DNA of 64,000 bases, from assembly GCF_009914755.1 (NCBI RefSeq), contig NC_060928.1; one strand, written 5' to 3'. Position 1 is the stretch's first letter, and every line of letters starts with the position of its first letter. Made by a program: the position numbers and the translations under genes. Shown in pieces: positions 41,213 to 56,631 of the stretch. The notes below the pieces were generated by a model that was not told the origin of the DNA, searched no databases, and saw only the letters and a program-made list of their open reading frames with translations. The DNA is from the human T2T-CHM13v2.0 reference genome, Homo sapiens.

Positions 41213-42736
41213 CTTAATGTCTGAATTGTTTCAGGGGCAACTGTATTTCAAGAATGTAAACTGAGTCACTGGAGACCTGCAAGTTAAAAGTTTTAGTCTC
41301 CTTACTTATTCCTTGTTGATCTTACAGAAAAATTAAATAGTATTTTTTATATTTTTTGTAATTCTCTTTTTTAAACCATATAACATTTGTGTGTATGTGA
41401 TAAAGATTTAGAAAAATGCTGCCCTGCAAAACTGTGTACCTTGAGAATGTCCAGATATACAAAATTTAGTTTGCCTTCAATTAGTTTCTTATGACTGATT
41501 ACAATTTTGCTTTAAAAAACATTTAGTTTACTTGAATTATTATTTAGAAATTCTTGTTTAAGGAGTAAATATATTTATAGTTTTATATAAAGTAGATTTA
41601 TGTATTTTCTCTATTTTAAAATGATCTTCTTTTACATTATTTGAAGTATATTCTTACGGAAATGTATCGGCTCCTCCCGAGGTGAAAACAGAGAAAGTAT
41701 AAACTTTTACAATGGTAAGAAATATCTTAATATGTTTAGAAGACCAAAATTGATAAATTGTTAATAATTTTCAGCATATTCTGGAATACAAAAATACTGA
41801 AAACTTTAAGATTAAAAAAAGATAGTTATTTTAAAACAGTGTATAACAGGGATAGAAAAAGAAACTTGTGCAGTCATTTGATCTGTAAATCCACTTGCCA
41901 GGTCATTTGATACATAGTTCAAACGTTTTCCAAACATATATTGAACTTCTATTGGACAGCAGACTCCGAAGGCTTCACGAACACTTCAAATAACAGTCCA
42001 AATCTAAACACATATTTCTATTCAAATATACTTATCCTCTTGTTTTCAAATTTATTCAGAACAGGGCTAAAGTCACAAAATGTATCCTTTACATTAGCAT
42101 ATTCGATTCATCATGAATCCTATAATTATAAATATTTAATTCTATAAAAATATTTTATTAAATTACCTTTCTCAAAAATCAAATACAAATTTCAGGCTTA
42201 TCTAAGTAATTTTAATTTAAATTTTGAATGCCATTATTATATTTATTTTTAATTATAATAAATAAGTTTTGAATATCTGAGATAACATTTTAGAAAGCAT
42301 TGGGGATTATAATTTTAATGTTTATATTTACTTTAATTTACGTATTTTATAAAACTCTTTTCAAATTTTGTAACCTGGGTATACGTTTACTTATTATTTA
42401 TAGTCTTTCACATCTTAACATTTTAAAGATATTTCTAGCATTTTAAAAGTTTATACTGATAGTTATTGCCAATAGAACAAAAATTAAGTAAAATCTTGTT
42501 TATGACAGTATGATTAATGATTTTGTCAAGACGAAGATAAAAAAATGAATTGAATAAAAAAACATAATTTGCAATAATATATAACTTCAAAAATAATTTT
42601 TGAATGAAGTATTCTTTCACTCATCCAAACATTGCCTGCCCATCAACAGAACAATGGCGCTTGTAAAATAATAATTGTATTCAGTTGACTATAATATGTT
42701 GCTAATTTTTGTTATTTAAAAAAAGATTGTTTTCCA

Positions 42737-42949
42737 CGTATTTGTTTCCTGGGGCTGCTCTTAAAAACAATACCACAAACTTGGTGGCTTTAAACAATGG
42801 TAATTTCTTCTCTCACAATAAGAGGCTAGAAGTCTGGAACCCAAATATCAGCAGGGCCATGCTCCCTCCAAAACCTCTAGGGGAAGGTTGTTTGCCTCTT
42901 CTGGATTCTGGTAGCTCCAGGGACCCTTGGTTTGTGACAGCATAACTCC
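42737..42949 (-). mobile_element. MLT1B/C LTR 3' part
   Basis: 'taccacaaacttggtggctttaaacaa', 'cagcagggccatgctccctc', 'gcataactcc'. Confidence 0.8.
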
Positions 42950-43503
<554 letters not shown>

Positions 43504-43736
43504 GTTGTCAATGTACAGGAACAAAATTTGACGATTTAAGTTGAACTTAAATTGATTGTAACTTCAAATTTTAGACATATGATATGTGAGATTTTATTTG
43601 TCTTCTTTTCCTTGGCCCCCAAAATATTTAGGATAGACTTTACAGCTAATAAAATGAATTACACTGTTTAATCTACAATCAAATAAACAGTTTTGATTAG
43701 TTTGTAAAAATTTTTATGTAGAAATGGGTATATTAA

Positions 43737-45811
43737 TCTTTTATTATTATTGATACATAATAGATGTAAATATTTTCAGGATACCTGTGATAATTTAATA
43801 CATGCAAGTATGTGGTAAAGATCAAATAAGTGTAATTGGTATATCCATCACATTAAATTCTTGATTTTCTTTAGGCTAGAAACATTTGAATTATTCTCTT
43901 CCCACTGTTTTGAAAAATACAGTAGGTTATTGTAAACTATAATCACTTTACTGATCTATTAAACACTAGGTCTTATTTATTCTATCAAACTGTATATTTG
44001 TACCCATTAATCAACCTCTCTTCATCCTCCCTCTTCAATACCCTTCAAGGCCTCTTGTAACCACCAATCTACTCTTTATCCTCATGAGATCCACTTTTTA
44101 GCTCCCACATACAAGTGAGAACATGTGATATTTGTCTTTCTGTGCTTGGTTTATTTCAGTTCACTTAATGACCTTGAGTTCTACCCATGTTGCTGAAAAT
44201 GACAAGATTTCATTCTTATTTAAGGGTGAATAATATTCCATTGTGTCTATTATACACCGTGTTATTTTATCCATTCATCCACTGATGGGCACTTAGGCTG
44301 GTTTCATAATTTGGCTATTATGAATAGTGCTACAATAAACATGGGCGTGTAGATATCTCTTTGATACATGTATTTTCTTTTTCTTTCTTTTTTTTTTTTT
44401 GAAATCTACCCAGTAGTGAAATTGTTGCATTATAAGGTAGTTTTATAGTTAATTTTCTGAGGAAACTCCATACAGTTTTCCACAGTGGTTATACTAATTT
44501 ACATTCCCATCAAGAGTGTATGAGGGTTCTCCCTTCTTCACATCCTCACCAGCGTCCATTATTTTCTGTCTTTTTGATAAAAGCCATTTGAACTGGGGTC
44601 AAATGATGCACCACTGCAGTTTTCATTTACATTTCTCTGATGATTAGTGATGTTCAATCATTTTTCAAACACCTATTGGCCATTTGTATTTCTTCTTTTG
44701 AGAAATAGTTATTCACATATTTTCCCCATTTTTCAAATTGGTTATTTGGTTTTATCTAGCTATTGACTTGTTTGAGCTCTTTACATACTCTGGTTATTAA
44801 TCTCTTGTCAGATGGATAGTTTGCAAGTACTTTCTCCCATTTTGTGGGTTGTCTTTTTACTTTCTTGATTGTTTATTTTGCTGTGCAGTAGATTTTCAAC
44901 TGGATGTAATTCAATTAGTTAATTTTTGCTTGGGTTTCCTGTGCTTTTGAGGTCTTTCACAAAAAAAATCTTTGCCCAGACTATTGTTATATAGTGTTTC
45001 TCTAACATTTTCTTTTAGTAGTTTTATAGTTTAAGGTCTTAGGTTTAAGTCTTTAATCCGTTTTGACTTTTCATATGGTAAAACGTAAGTGTCTAATTTC
45101 GCTTTTTTTTTTTTTTTTTTTTTTTTTTTGCATGTGGTGGTTCAGTTTTATCCAGCACCATTAATTGAAGAGACTGTCCTTTCCCATTGTATGTTCTTGA
45201 TGCCTTTGTCAAGAGTTGGCTGCAAATGCGTGGATTTTTATCTCAGTTCTCTATACTGTTTTGTGGTCTATGTGTCTGCTTTTAACACAGTACCATGCTG
45301 ATATGGTTACTATAGCATTGTACTGTAGTTGGAAGCCAGGTAGTGTGATGCCTTTTGCTTTGGTCATTTTGCTCAGAATTGTTTTGGCTTTCCAGGGTCT
45401 TTTGTACTTCCACATGAAGTTTAGGATATTTTTTATCTGTTTCTTTGAAGAATATCATTGGTACTTTGAAAAGGATTGTACTGAATCTGTAAAATACTTT
45501 GGGTAGTATTGTCATTTTAAAAATATTAATTCTTCCAATGCATGAGCATGAGATATCTTTCCATTTTTTCTGTCCTCTTTAATTTCTTTCATCTGAGTTT
45601 TATTGTTTTCCTTGTATAGACCTTTCAGTTTTTTGGTTAAATTGATTCCTAGGTATGTTATATTCTTTTTATGTATTATAAATAGGATTGCTTTCTTGAT
45701 TTCTTTTTCAGATCGTTCACTGTTGGTATATATAAATGCTGCTAATTTTTGCCTTTTGGTTTTGTGTTCTGCAACTTTACCAAATTTATCAGTTCTCACA
45801 GCTTTTTGGTG
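43737..45811 (-). mobile_element. L1MA (4/5-like) 3' ~2 kb
   Basis: 3'UTR 'ttgatacataata', 'tttagctcccacatacaagtgagaacatg'; minus-strand ORFs 'ITYLGINLTK..LYKEN' and '[17 protein letters not shown]' are L1 ORF2. Confidence 0.92.
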
Positions 45812-47388
45812 CCGTCACTCAGTTTGTCCTTCATGTTTGTCCTTTAACCACTGCCTCTCCTGAGGCTTATGGGCTGTGGTCACACCATAGCTGAAAGATA
45901 GCACACATCTCATTCTTTTCTTCTTTTCTTTTCTGTTGTTTTCTTTTGCTTTCTTTTCTTTTCTTCTTTTTAATCCTATCTAACAGTTTTGCATATATAA
46001 GAAAAATAAGCTTACATAAGGGCTCCAAACTTAATGAAATGAATTTGTTAATGAATGAGCGTCTCATAAAAGCTTCTTTCCTTGAAGGGAAATGAAAATA
46101 GCACTGAGGAAGAGCTGGCTCAATCTGTAATAATAATTAGGTCAACTGGCAATATTTTAGGTCTGTAATAAAAAGAAGTAAAGAAATTGAAGAAAAGGTC
46201 ACATTATTTTAAATTTTAATTGAACCATATTTCAAGAAAAGTATCAAATATTTACCTGCTCACACTGTTTCATTGTTAATATGCTTTGAGCAAAGATGGT
46301 AGACTAGATTTTTTAATAACCCTTTTGTTTTAAAGTGGTTTTAGATTTACAGAAAAATTTCAAAGATATTACCGAGTTCCCATACACCCTAAATCTAGTT
46401 TTCTCTATTAACACCTTATGTTATATGGCACATTTTTATAATTAATGAACCAATATTGATAACTGAAGTCCATAGTTTAGATTTTCTTATATTTTACCTG
46501 ATATCCTTTTGCTATTTTAAGATATTATTGAGATTACTACATGGCATTTAGTCATTATGTCTCTCGAAGCTTGTCTTGGCTGTAATAGTTCCTCAGATTT
46601 TCCTTGTTATTAATGACCTTGACAGTTTTAAGAGTACTGGCCTAGTATTTTGTATAATGTCCTTCAGTTGGGATTTGTCTAGTCTTTTTTCCTTTTATCA
46701 TTATTAAATATGGGTTTTTTAGTGATAGACCACAGAGATAAAGTGCCATTTTATAAAAAGTATTATTACCTTATGTCAACAACACAGTGTGTACTACCAA
46801 CATTAATTATTACAATTGATGTTTACATTGATCACCTGGCTAAGGTAATGTTTGTCAGGTTAGTGCACTACAAAGTTACTCTGTTTTTCCTCTTCAATAC
46901 CTTACTTTTTGGGAGAAAGTTATGTGCAGCCCACAGCTCAGGAGTAAAACTTACGCTTTATCTAGCAAATGTCCAATATCTATATAAATAATTCAAAATT
47001 ATTCTGCATCAGAAATTTGTCTACTTTCCTTTATTTGTTCAAAACTTCACATATGTCATGATGAGTTTGTAGAAATTTATTGTATACTTTGGGTTATAAT
47101 ATAATTATACTTTGTTAAATTTCCTGCTCAACTTTTTCTAGTTTTGGCAACTGAGAGCTCTTTCAGTTGACTCCTGTTTCCTTTTGACCTATACCTATCA
47201 TGATGAGGTTTGAAGGTGTGTGTGTGTGCGTGTGTGTGTGTGTGTCTTAAGTACTTTCTTACTTTATGGCACTACAAGATGATCCAGGTTTATTTTATAT
47301 TCTTTCTGTTTAAGTCCCAGAATCGGCCATATCTCTGAGGAGTCCCGTATCCTAATATTGGAAAGTGGTATTAGAAACCTGGACTTGG

Positions 47389-47663
47389 GGCCGGGCGCAG
47401 TGGCTCACGCCTGTAATCCCAGCACTTTCGGAGGCCGAGATCAGGCGTTTGAGACCAGCCTGGCGGACATGGCGAAACCCTGGCTCTACTAAAAATACAA
47501 AAATTAGCCGGGCGCGGTGGCCTGTAATCCCAGCCACTCAGGAGGCTGGGGCAAGAGAATTGCTTGAACCAGGGAGGCAGAGATTGCAGTGAGCCGAGAT
47601 CGCACCACTGCACTCCAGCCTGGGCGACAGAGAAAGACTCCGTCTCAAAAAAAGAAAAGAAAA
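47389..47663 (+). mobile_element. AluS with two short internal deletions
   Basis: TSD agaaacctggacttgg (47373-88) / agaaacctggatttgg (47664-79). Confidence 0.95.
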
Positions 47664-48217
47664 AGAAACCTGGATTTGGGTACTAGGTGTGCTTGTCACT
47701 ACTGAAGTGCTGTTGTTTCTAAGTCCTCTCTGCTGACAGAGTAAGAATCCACTAACCCATATATGCACATATATGTGTAAATATTTCTGTATCTGTAACT
47801 ATATTAACCAAACAAGAGTTATTTTTGCTATTCCCAAATCTGGTTCATTACTACGTGCATCATTCTGCTTCTCGTTGCTTATTTGTAAACTTCCACTCCA
47901 ACAGTGAGAAACCTGATTCATCACATCCACCCTCCATTTATTTCATTGTTCAATTCCATTATATTATACATGTAAAGCAGTATCAGTATTGTTAACCTGC
48001 AACCCTAAGGGAATAAACTTTGTCAACTAGAGCACGGTGGTTATGTGCAGTTCCTTTAGCCTTTACTCATACAGACACCATTCATTTACAAATCACCTTA
48101 TCTCCCACCTCCTCAATGAGATTGTTTTATAAAGTTAAGTTGTATTGTCATATTCTGCATTCTAACCCTGGATCCCCCAACCTCTCAAATGACTTTTTAA
48201 ACATTTACCAATATTAA

Positions 48218-48550
<333 letters not shown>

Positions 48551-49618
48551 TTAAGGTTCACTCTTTGTGCTGTAAAGTGCTATGGGTTTTGAGAAATTTG
48601 TAATGGCACATATCTACTGAGGCAGTGTCATACAGATTAGTCGCATTGCCCTAAATGAATCTTCTGTGCTTCCCCTATTCAACACCCCCACAGCCAACCC
48701 ATGGCAACCACTGATGATAATCCATTTACCATCACTCTAGTTTTGCTTTATTCAGAATATCATATAACTGGAATCATATAGTATTCAGTCTCTTTAGATT
48801 GGATTCTTTCACTTAGCAAAATTTGAGATTTCCCCATGTCTTTTTGTGGCTTGATTGTGCATTTATTTTTATAATTGAAGAATATTTTATGGTATGTATG
48901 CAAAGTTTCTTTATCGTTTCACCTATCAAAGAATATTCTGGTCATAATTATTATCAAAATATTATAGTGAAAATAAAAATAATGTAATAAAATGAACAAT
49001 CATACACAATGGCAAAGTTTTATTTTTCTTTACGCATAGTAATCTGCTCTCCATCTCCCTGTGACACAAATTGGTAAGGTGCGATTCAGAACTTTTGAAT
49101 CAAGCAGAATTAAATTCATATTTAAATACATATCAACAAAATACAGCAAGCTTGTTTTAATGTGTTGCCTTTGAAATATTTGATTTTAGTAATACTGGTT
49201 TAATGGTTTGCTCTATGAAACTATTTACTCACAGTAACAGGGAATATTTCAAATTAGATTTTTTCCAAAGAAAATTTATTTTCACATCTTTAAATGTGTA
49301 GTTAAAATTAACTGAAGTGCCTTTCATTTGCCCAAAGATCATTTAATAAATAAGCTTCACTCTCATCTATGCACACATAGATGAACTCAAAAAACATTGT
49401 GGGTATTTTACTTTAAGACCTAGCAGACTTGATATTGTAAGTCAAATCCCTTTTTGCCCTTAAATAAAAGCATACATGATTTATGTAACTAAAATGGTTT
49501 TATGATTTATGTATTAATATTTTGTTTCATTCATTTAGTTTGAAAGCAATTTTCTATTAAAAAGTTTGTTTTTATTTTTATCATTTTGCTCTCACCATTG
49601 AAGGACTGTACCACCAGT

Positions 49619-50020
49619 TGCTATGGTTTGAATAATTGTCCCCTTCAAAACTCATGTTGAAATTTAATCTCCAATATCTCAGTATCGTAGGTGGGGCCTT
49701 TAAGAGGTGGTTAAGTCAAGAGGGATATACCCATTCACAGATTAATGGTTTAATGGATTAATAGGTTATCATGGGAGTGAAACTGGTGGCTTCATAGGAG
49801 GAAGAGAGGGTGGGGCTAACATACTCAGTCCTCTCACAAAACGAGGCCCTGCACTATCTTGGGATTCCACCAAGTGCCCCACCTGCAGGACCCCCACCAG
49901 AGGCAGCCCCCCCGGGTTAGGCATTTCAGCCTCCATAACTGTAACAAATTCATTTCTTTTATTTATAAATAACCCTGTTTTAGGTATTCTGTTATGAGTA
50001 ACAGGAAAGGGACTAAGACA
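49619..50020 (+). mobile_element. MSTB2-like solo LTR
   Basis: TGCTATGGTTTG...GGACTAAGACA; 5-bp TSD ccagt / ctagt. Confidence 0.88.
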
Positions 50021-52827
50021 CTAGTCTATTATTCATGTTGTCCCTCTAACACAGAGCATTAGGAGAACCTGGTAGATTAAATAGTATAATAACAATGATC
50101 AAAAACAAATATAATATTTTATCATATTGGTTTATGCATGTGTAATTCTTTATAACATGATAAATGTCATTGTATAAAATTTGGTTTCTAAGAGTAACTA
50201 TTTAAATTTTAGGTTCTAAAATATAACTTCAAGTTATAGAAATATTTGTTTTAAAAAAGTTGACTCAAAGAAGGAATAGGCCAAAGATCTACGCATGTTC
50301 TCTAGTATTGCTACTTGTACTTAGAATCTACACTAAAGTACTTAAATAGCTAAAAAGCAAATTTGTTACTAAAATATAAATCAAAATACCAGGCTTGCAT
50401 TTTTACATTTCAGCTACCTGAATATTTATGTCATGTGGACATAGCCTGGAGTTTGTCTACTAGCAGCATTACATATTCCTTCACAGCATAAAAATCAGAC
50501 AAGTAGAAATCATTCTCACATTGATGTGGGTCCTTGATGTTGATAGTGTTCTTTGTGCAAATTTGACACATCAGCCCATTGATTTCATTCCCAGTATGAT
50601 GTTTTTAAAATCAGCTTTATTCTCTAAAACCAAAAGAAGGTGAATCATTTTTACTAGAGCATCAAAAGCACAATTTAGCATCTATCTGATGATATTCAGT
50701 TTAAAATTCTAATCACAGCCTATTTAGCACAGTGATGAGAAAATACAAATGCATTGTTTATAAGATAGGAACATATGTACATTTAATATAAACACAAATA
50801 AGACAATGGGACAAATATATGTTTTCTTCTCATTACATAAACCCTGTTAGCCACAATTAAAAGAGGGAATTTTTTTACAGGTTTAATAAAAAATTAAAAA
50901 GTTTAATAATAAGAGCTTTATAATAGTTCTCTCAACACATGTATTTAATGGAAAAAATAAGTCTCACACTGTTGAAGAAAAAATATGCAAAGTTCCACAA
51001 CAATAAAAGCCAAACCCAGGTTTTAACAAAGAGCTGTCTAATTCTGAAATCTATGCTCTTTGATTACACTACACTTTCTTCTGTCGGTTTAATTTTAATA
51101 GTAGGAAAAAAAATACAACATTACATACAATAAAAGCAAAATCTGGAGAGGTATACATGACCTGTGTAGGATAAAAACAAGCATGTTATAGATTGAAGCA
51201 GGTAGCAGTGGACGAAGACAGCTTAAGCAAGCAATGTAACAGTTTTAAGCCTATTTGGCATTGTTTTTCACTAAACTATAGCCACAAATAAAAAATAAAT
51301 CTTCTTACACACCAATATATTCCCATTTCTTCCATTTTACAATATACAGTGCTTCTGTGAATTCTCAGACCACTATGTGAGGTATAGAAATTTACCCCAA
51401 TTTGTAAAATTTCTGCTTTTAGGCCTAGCATTTAAATTGGATCAAGAAAAACATATGGAGTTTGAAGACTTTGAAAAAAAAAAAAAAGAATGTAAATCTA
51501 CCCAAGCCAGAGAGACAGGGAGGCAAACTACTCTGTGGTATTTCAGTTTGTAAACTTTACAGGTTATGATAATTCATTTGAGGATGACCTAATTTTCAGT
51601 GATTTCTTTAGCACATTTTACCCATTTCATCACCATATGTTCCTAATAACTTATCTAACCTAGCTAGTACAAGTTTGCATTACATCTGGAAACATTCTGA
51701 GAATGATAGCATTTCCAGTGAATTAGGCATGCCTTTTATTCTTGGGGGACTTCTGTGTTTAAATGAATACACACAATACTCACACACTTCATTACAGTAT
51801 CTCTAAAATACATGCAAACCCCGAGGCATAGCAAATTACTGAATTAAGGTGACATAATTCTTAGAAAAAGAGTTCAGTGCTTCACTCCTAAAATATACCA
51901 ATGTCTCAAAGGTTCTGACTAATTTATACTGCTAGGGGAACTGCCCCAATTTACTTTGGCTTTCAATAAAATACCTACAGCTGCCTCTAGGTATAGCACT
52001 GATTTGGAACAGCAGTACCGGCTAAATTAGTGTTATCATAGTATCATTATTTTTAATAGATCTTCCTTTCATAAGAGTGAAAAGATTAGGACCCAATCTA
52101 ACTTGTTACATTTGTGGTTATTAGGAGAGCCTGCCAGGCTTTCAAATGAGAGATTAATATTAGTTTGCAGGTGCACTAAAGACAACATGCTCTTTTATGT
52201 ATAAATAATAGCAACTCTAAAGTTGGGATAATTTTTTTCTTGTCTCACTTAGTGGTCTGGGAATTCACAGAAGTGCTAAAAATAGTTAAAATAGAAAAAA
52301 TGATGAAATGTTATTTTGGAGTAAAATCATTTTTTGTGTGTCCATTAAGTAACAAAACTGAATCCTTACCTGTTGAATAAAATGATGTAAAGTGATATAT
52401 ATGAGTTTCTAACGAAATAATAGATGTATAATTAAGTAAGTTATGGAATAATATTAATGCTGGCTTTCTTGATATAAAATGGGTGAGACTATAGTAGAGA
52501 GGTTTAAATGCTAAAGAGAAAGACTTTGTCCAAAAAAATAAGAGCCAGAAAGAGATTGAAAAGGATTAGCTCTTGATCTTCAGTTGATTCAAGCCAAGTG
52601 TTTCAAACTCTGATTTTAAATTTCAAATTGAACTATGTGTTGAAACACGTAACTTGAAAGCTATACCTCCAAAAATGGCACAGACTCATTTATATCTGCC
52701 AGGCAACAGAAAATGTATGTATGACCTTCTGTGGTGTAGATCAAATTTAATCCATAAAGTATTTCTTATGTAAGCCCTCATGAAAAAGGAACTACACCAA
52801 ACATGCAAACATTTATATTTTAACGGG

Positions 52828-53236
52828 GTTTTTATTTATTTTTATTTATTTTTATTTTTTATGTATGTATGTATGTATGTATGTATGTATGTATGTATTT
52901 TTGATGGAGTCTCGCTCTGTCGCCCAGGCTGGAGGGCTTTTTTTTTTTGAGACGGAGTCTCACTTTGTCTCCCAGGCTGCAGTGCAGTGGCGCGATCTCC
53001 GCTCCTCTCACTGCAAGCTCCCCCTCCCGGGTTCACGCCGTTCTCCCGCCTCAGCCTCCGGATTAGCTGGGACTACAGGTGCCCGTCACCACGCATAGCT
53101 AATATTTTTTGTATTTTTAGTAGAGACAGGGTTTCACGGTGTTAGCCTGGATGGTCTCGATCTCGTGACCTTGTGATCCGCCCTCCTCGGCCTCCCAAAG
53201 TGTTGGGATTGCAGTCGTGAGACACCTCACCCAGCC
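52828..53236 (-). mobile_element. AluY with an extra Alu 3'-end fragment and (ATGT)9 in the tail
   Basis: Y-type 'ctgcaagctcc..gggttcacgcc' and 'gtgttagcctggatggtctcgatctc'; outer TSD tattttaac at 52816 and 53238. Confidence 0.93.
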
Positions 53237-53273
53237 CTATTTTAACAGTTTTAATAATATTTTGAGCCTTTCT

Positions 53274-53387
53274 TTTTTTTTTTTTTTTCTTTAAAGAGGT
53301 GGGGTCTTGCTATATAGCCCAGACTGGTCTCAAACTCACCTTGGCCTCTCAAAGTGCTGGGATTACAGATGTGAGCCACCGACCTGG
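53274..53387 (-). mobile_element. FLAM with internal deletion
   Basis: Left monomer; TSD tttgagcctttct (53261-73) / tttgtgcctttct (53388-400). Confidence 0.88.
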
Positions 53388-54175
53388 TTTGTGCCTTTCT
53401 TAAGCAGCTAAGGGGTTCTGGACATAAAAAGATATCTCAGCAACCACTTTGGTTAACTTTCGGAAATGGAAAAAATATTGTGACATTCCAGAAGTGAAAT
53501 CTACTTCCCCTTATAATTTAAGGGTTAAACTTGTGATTGCCTCACTCCCCCATTCTTGTGTTCTTTTTATGTTATCCATGATTTGAAAGTAGCTATTCCC
53601 TCCCTCCTTATATTCAAAGGTAAATTTCTTTTGTGATAGAAATGTATTATTTATACATTAAAATACTTTCCTCCAAATATTAAATCTCTATTGTGTTCAT
53701 TATTCACAAATTTTAAAACTTAAATTATTAACTTTCTACCAGTAATATTTTAAGTAATACTGTTTATAATTTCTGGTTCATTCTAATTTTCCTGTTAAAA
53801 TACCACGAAAGTTCAAAAAAGTAAAAAGGGGTAAAATTTTAAGAGCATCATTAAAAAAAGATAGTGAGAAATTGCCTCTTGGATCCCAGATGACTCACTC
53901 AAATAGTACTTAAATCTTTAAGGCAACACTGTAAAATATTAAATAGAAAACAATCTAAGGTACTTCCATCTTCACCAATTCACCCCTTTGATGTACATAT
54001 CCAAAGTTATGTATTTTTTAACAAACCAGAGGAAGGAAAGCCAAACAGGCATATGCTCTTTATAAAAGACACAGTGAAATAAAAATGTAGATCTCTCAAA
54101 AGCAAATGGCATAAGAACAGGCATTGGGATATTCATACCTGCTTTAGTGTGAAATGCATAAAATAGAGCAAAGAC

Positions 54176-54279
54176 CCTTCCTTCCTTCCTTCCTTCCTTC
54201 CTTCCTTCCTTCCTACCTCCCTCCCTCCCTCCCTCCCTCCCTCTCTCCCTCCCTCTCTTTCTCTCTTTCTCTCTTTCTC

Positions 54280-54335
<56 letters not shown>

Positions 54336-54336
54336 T
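54176..54336 (+). repeat. Polypyrimidine compound STR (CCTT)n(CCCT)n(CT)n(CTTT)n, the tail of an AluJ
   Basis: Read directly from the sequence. Confidence 0.97.
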
Positions 54337-54631
<295 letters not shown>

Positions 54632-54749
54632 TAGTTATGAACCACTATATCTATCTTAAAATTAGGAACACTTTGACAGAGACATAGTTTACTGTGTGAT
54701 TTTAATAGAGGCACAGTTTACATGTTTCTATTTGAAAAGAAATTATATT

Positions 54750-54950
54750 TACAGTGGTTAAGAGCAAGGACCCTGGAGCTAGAAGAACCTGAGAATGCGT
54801 CTAACCTTCAACTTACTAGAAGTGTGACTATGTATGAATTATTCCAGCTCTCTAATCCTTAATAACAAGACCATGATAATATTATTGTGACGATTAATAA
54901 AATATACCAAATGTGCCTACTGCCTTGGCATTGTTTAAATGTTAACATTT
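54750..54950 (+). mobile_element. MIR
   Basis: 'cagtggttaagagcaaggaccctggagctaga..cttactagaagtgtgac'. Confidence 0.75.
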
Positions 54951-56292
54951 ATATAACATATTGATTGTCAAAAATTAAAGGAATCCACAATTCTCAAATG
55001 TCAGTTTGTATGAAAATTACTTAGAAATGTGGATAATGATGCTCATCCTGATTTATGATACTCATGTCCACAGACGTTGATTCATTAGGAATAAGAATGC
55101 CCAATTCTAACAACCACCTTAAGTCCATTAACTACACTTTTAGAACCTTAGAAACATCAAATAAAAAATACAATTCATAAGATTGATTTTATTAATATAT
55201 TTTAAAAAATGAACGTTGCAAAGAGAGGTATATCTTATTTTTTATTATTCTATGAAATATTTAAAAAACTGATTTTTTAAAGGTGACACACTGACACAAA
55301 ACAGCTTATTTTTTAAAGTGAAATTGTGAGAGAAACAGATTCCCTGGCAGAAAATTAAAACACATCATGCTGAGAAACAAATAACAAAAATAACAACAAA
55401 AACCAAGTATAAATACTTTTAAAAATATAATTTGTGACATCAATCAATTTTGTTAACTATTAATTAAATGAAAATTATAAAATCATAAAATTTCTGAACT
55501 GTATGCTATAATATAGCCAAAATTGTATTCAGTTGTTTTAAATGCTTATAATTTAAGAGAAAAAAATATTATGTAAGATTTAAATTCTGCAAGTTAGAAA
55601 ATTTAAGCAAAAAAATTTATCAAAATAAAATGAAATTGTCCACACATGTAGATAAAGGGCTATATAAATATACATGGAAATGACTCTGCCAGATGTTCAG
55701 AAAGAAGGGGGGTAGGGAGGGAGAGAAAGAGACAGGTAAGAAGAGAGGAGAAAAGGAGGAAGAAAATCCTGACTTTCATAGAATCTTCATCTTAGCAACA
55801 TACAAAGATGAGAACAATTGATTAAAAAAATTTAGACACAAAAATATCAAGCACTGTTCACCATCAAAATAGTTCTCATGGAACACATTATCTAACTTAA
55901 TTACCTTAATAGCTCTTTGTAATGAAGCCTGTCCTCATTACTCATTTTTTTGGACAAGGAAACTGACACTTATAGATAAATTGGTAGGACTTCAGTTTTG
56001 GTCCTTGAAAAATGGAATAAACTTTTTCCATGTGGGTTAAGACAAAGAGAATATCAGACCTGTTCAAAAGTACACCTGAACCATGCATAGAGATGTCTTG
56101 ACACCAGCGGTTTTTCAGTTTTTCTTTTTAGAAACATTACAACAATCAGTTTTCTTAGTTGAGCATAAGAAACACAATATATGAATTGCTTTTAGGAGCC
56201 ATTCTTTCTCTCTCTTTAGAGATGTAAGCAAATTCATACACACACATATATATATTTATATACGTGTGTGTTGACTTTGTAAGAGTTTAGTG

Positions 56293-56631
56293 GGGTGGGG
56301 TTTGGTGGCTCCTGCCTGTAATCCCAAAACTTTGGGAGGCCGAGGTGGACAGATTGCTTGAACCCAGGAGTTAGACACCAGCCCCGGTAACAGGTGGAAC
56401 CTCATCTACTAAAAATAAAAATTAGACACCAGCCCCGGTAATAGGTGGAACCTCATCTACTAAAAATAAAAAAAATTAACCGAGCCTGATGGTGCACGCC
56501 TATAATCCTAGCTACTGAGGAGTCTGAAGTGGAAGGATTGCTTGAGCCTAGGAGATGATTGCAGGGAACCAAGATTGCACCATTGCACTCCAGCCTGGGC
56601 AACAAACTGAGACCCTTTCTCAAATTAAAAA
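56293..56631 (+). mobile_element. AluJ with an internal 51-bp tandem duplication
   Basis: J-type 'gattgcttgaacccaggag' and 'ggaaggattgcttgagcct'; duplicated unit at 56371-56421 and 56422-56472. Confidence 0.9.
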
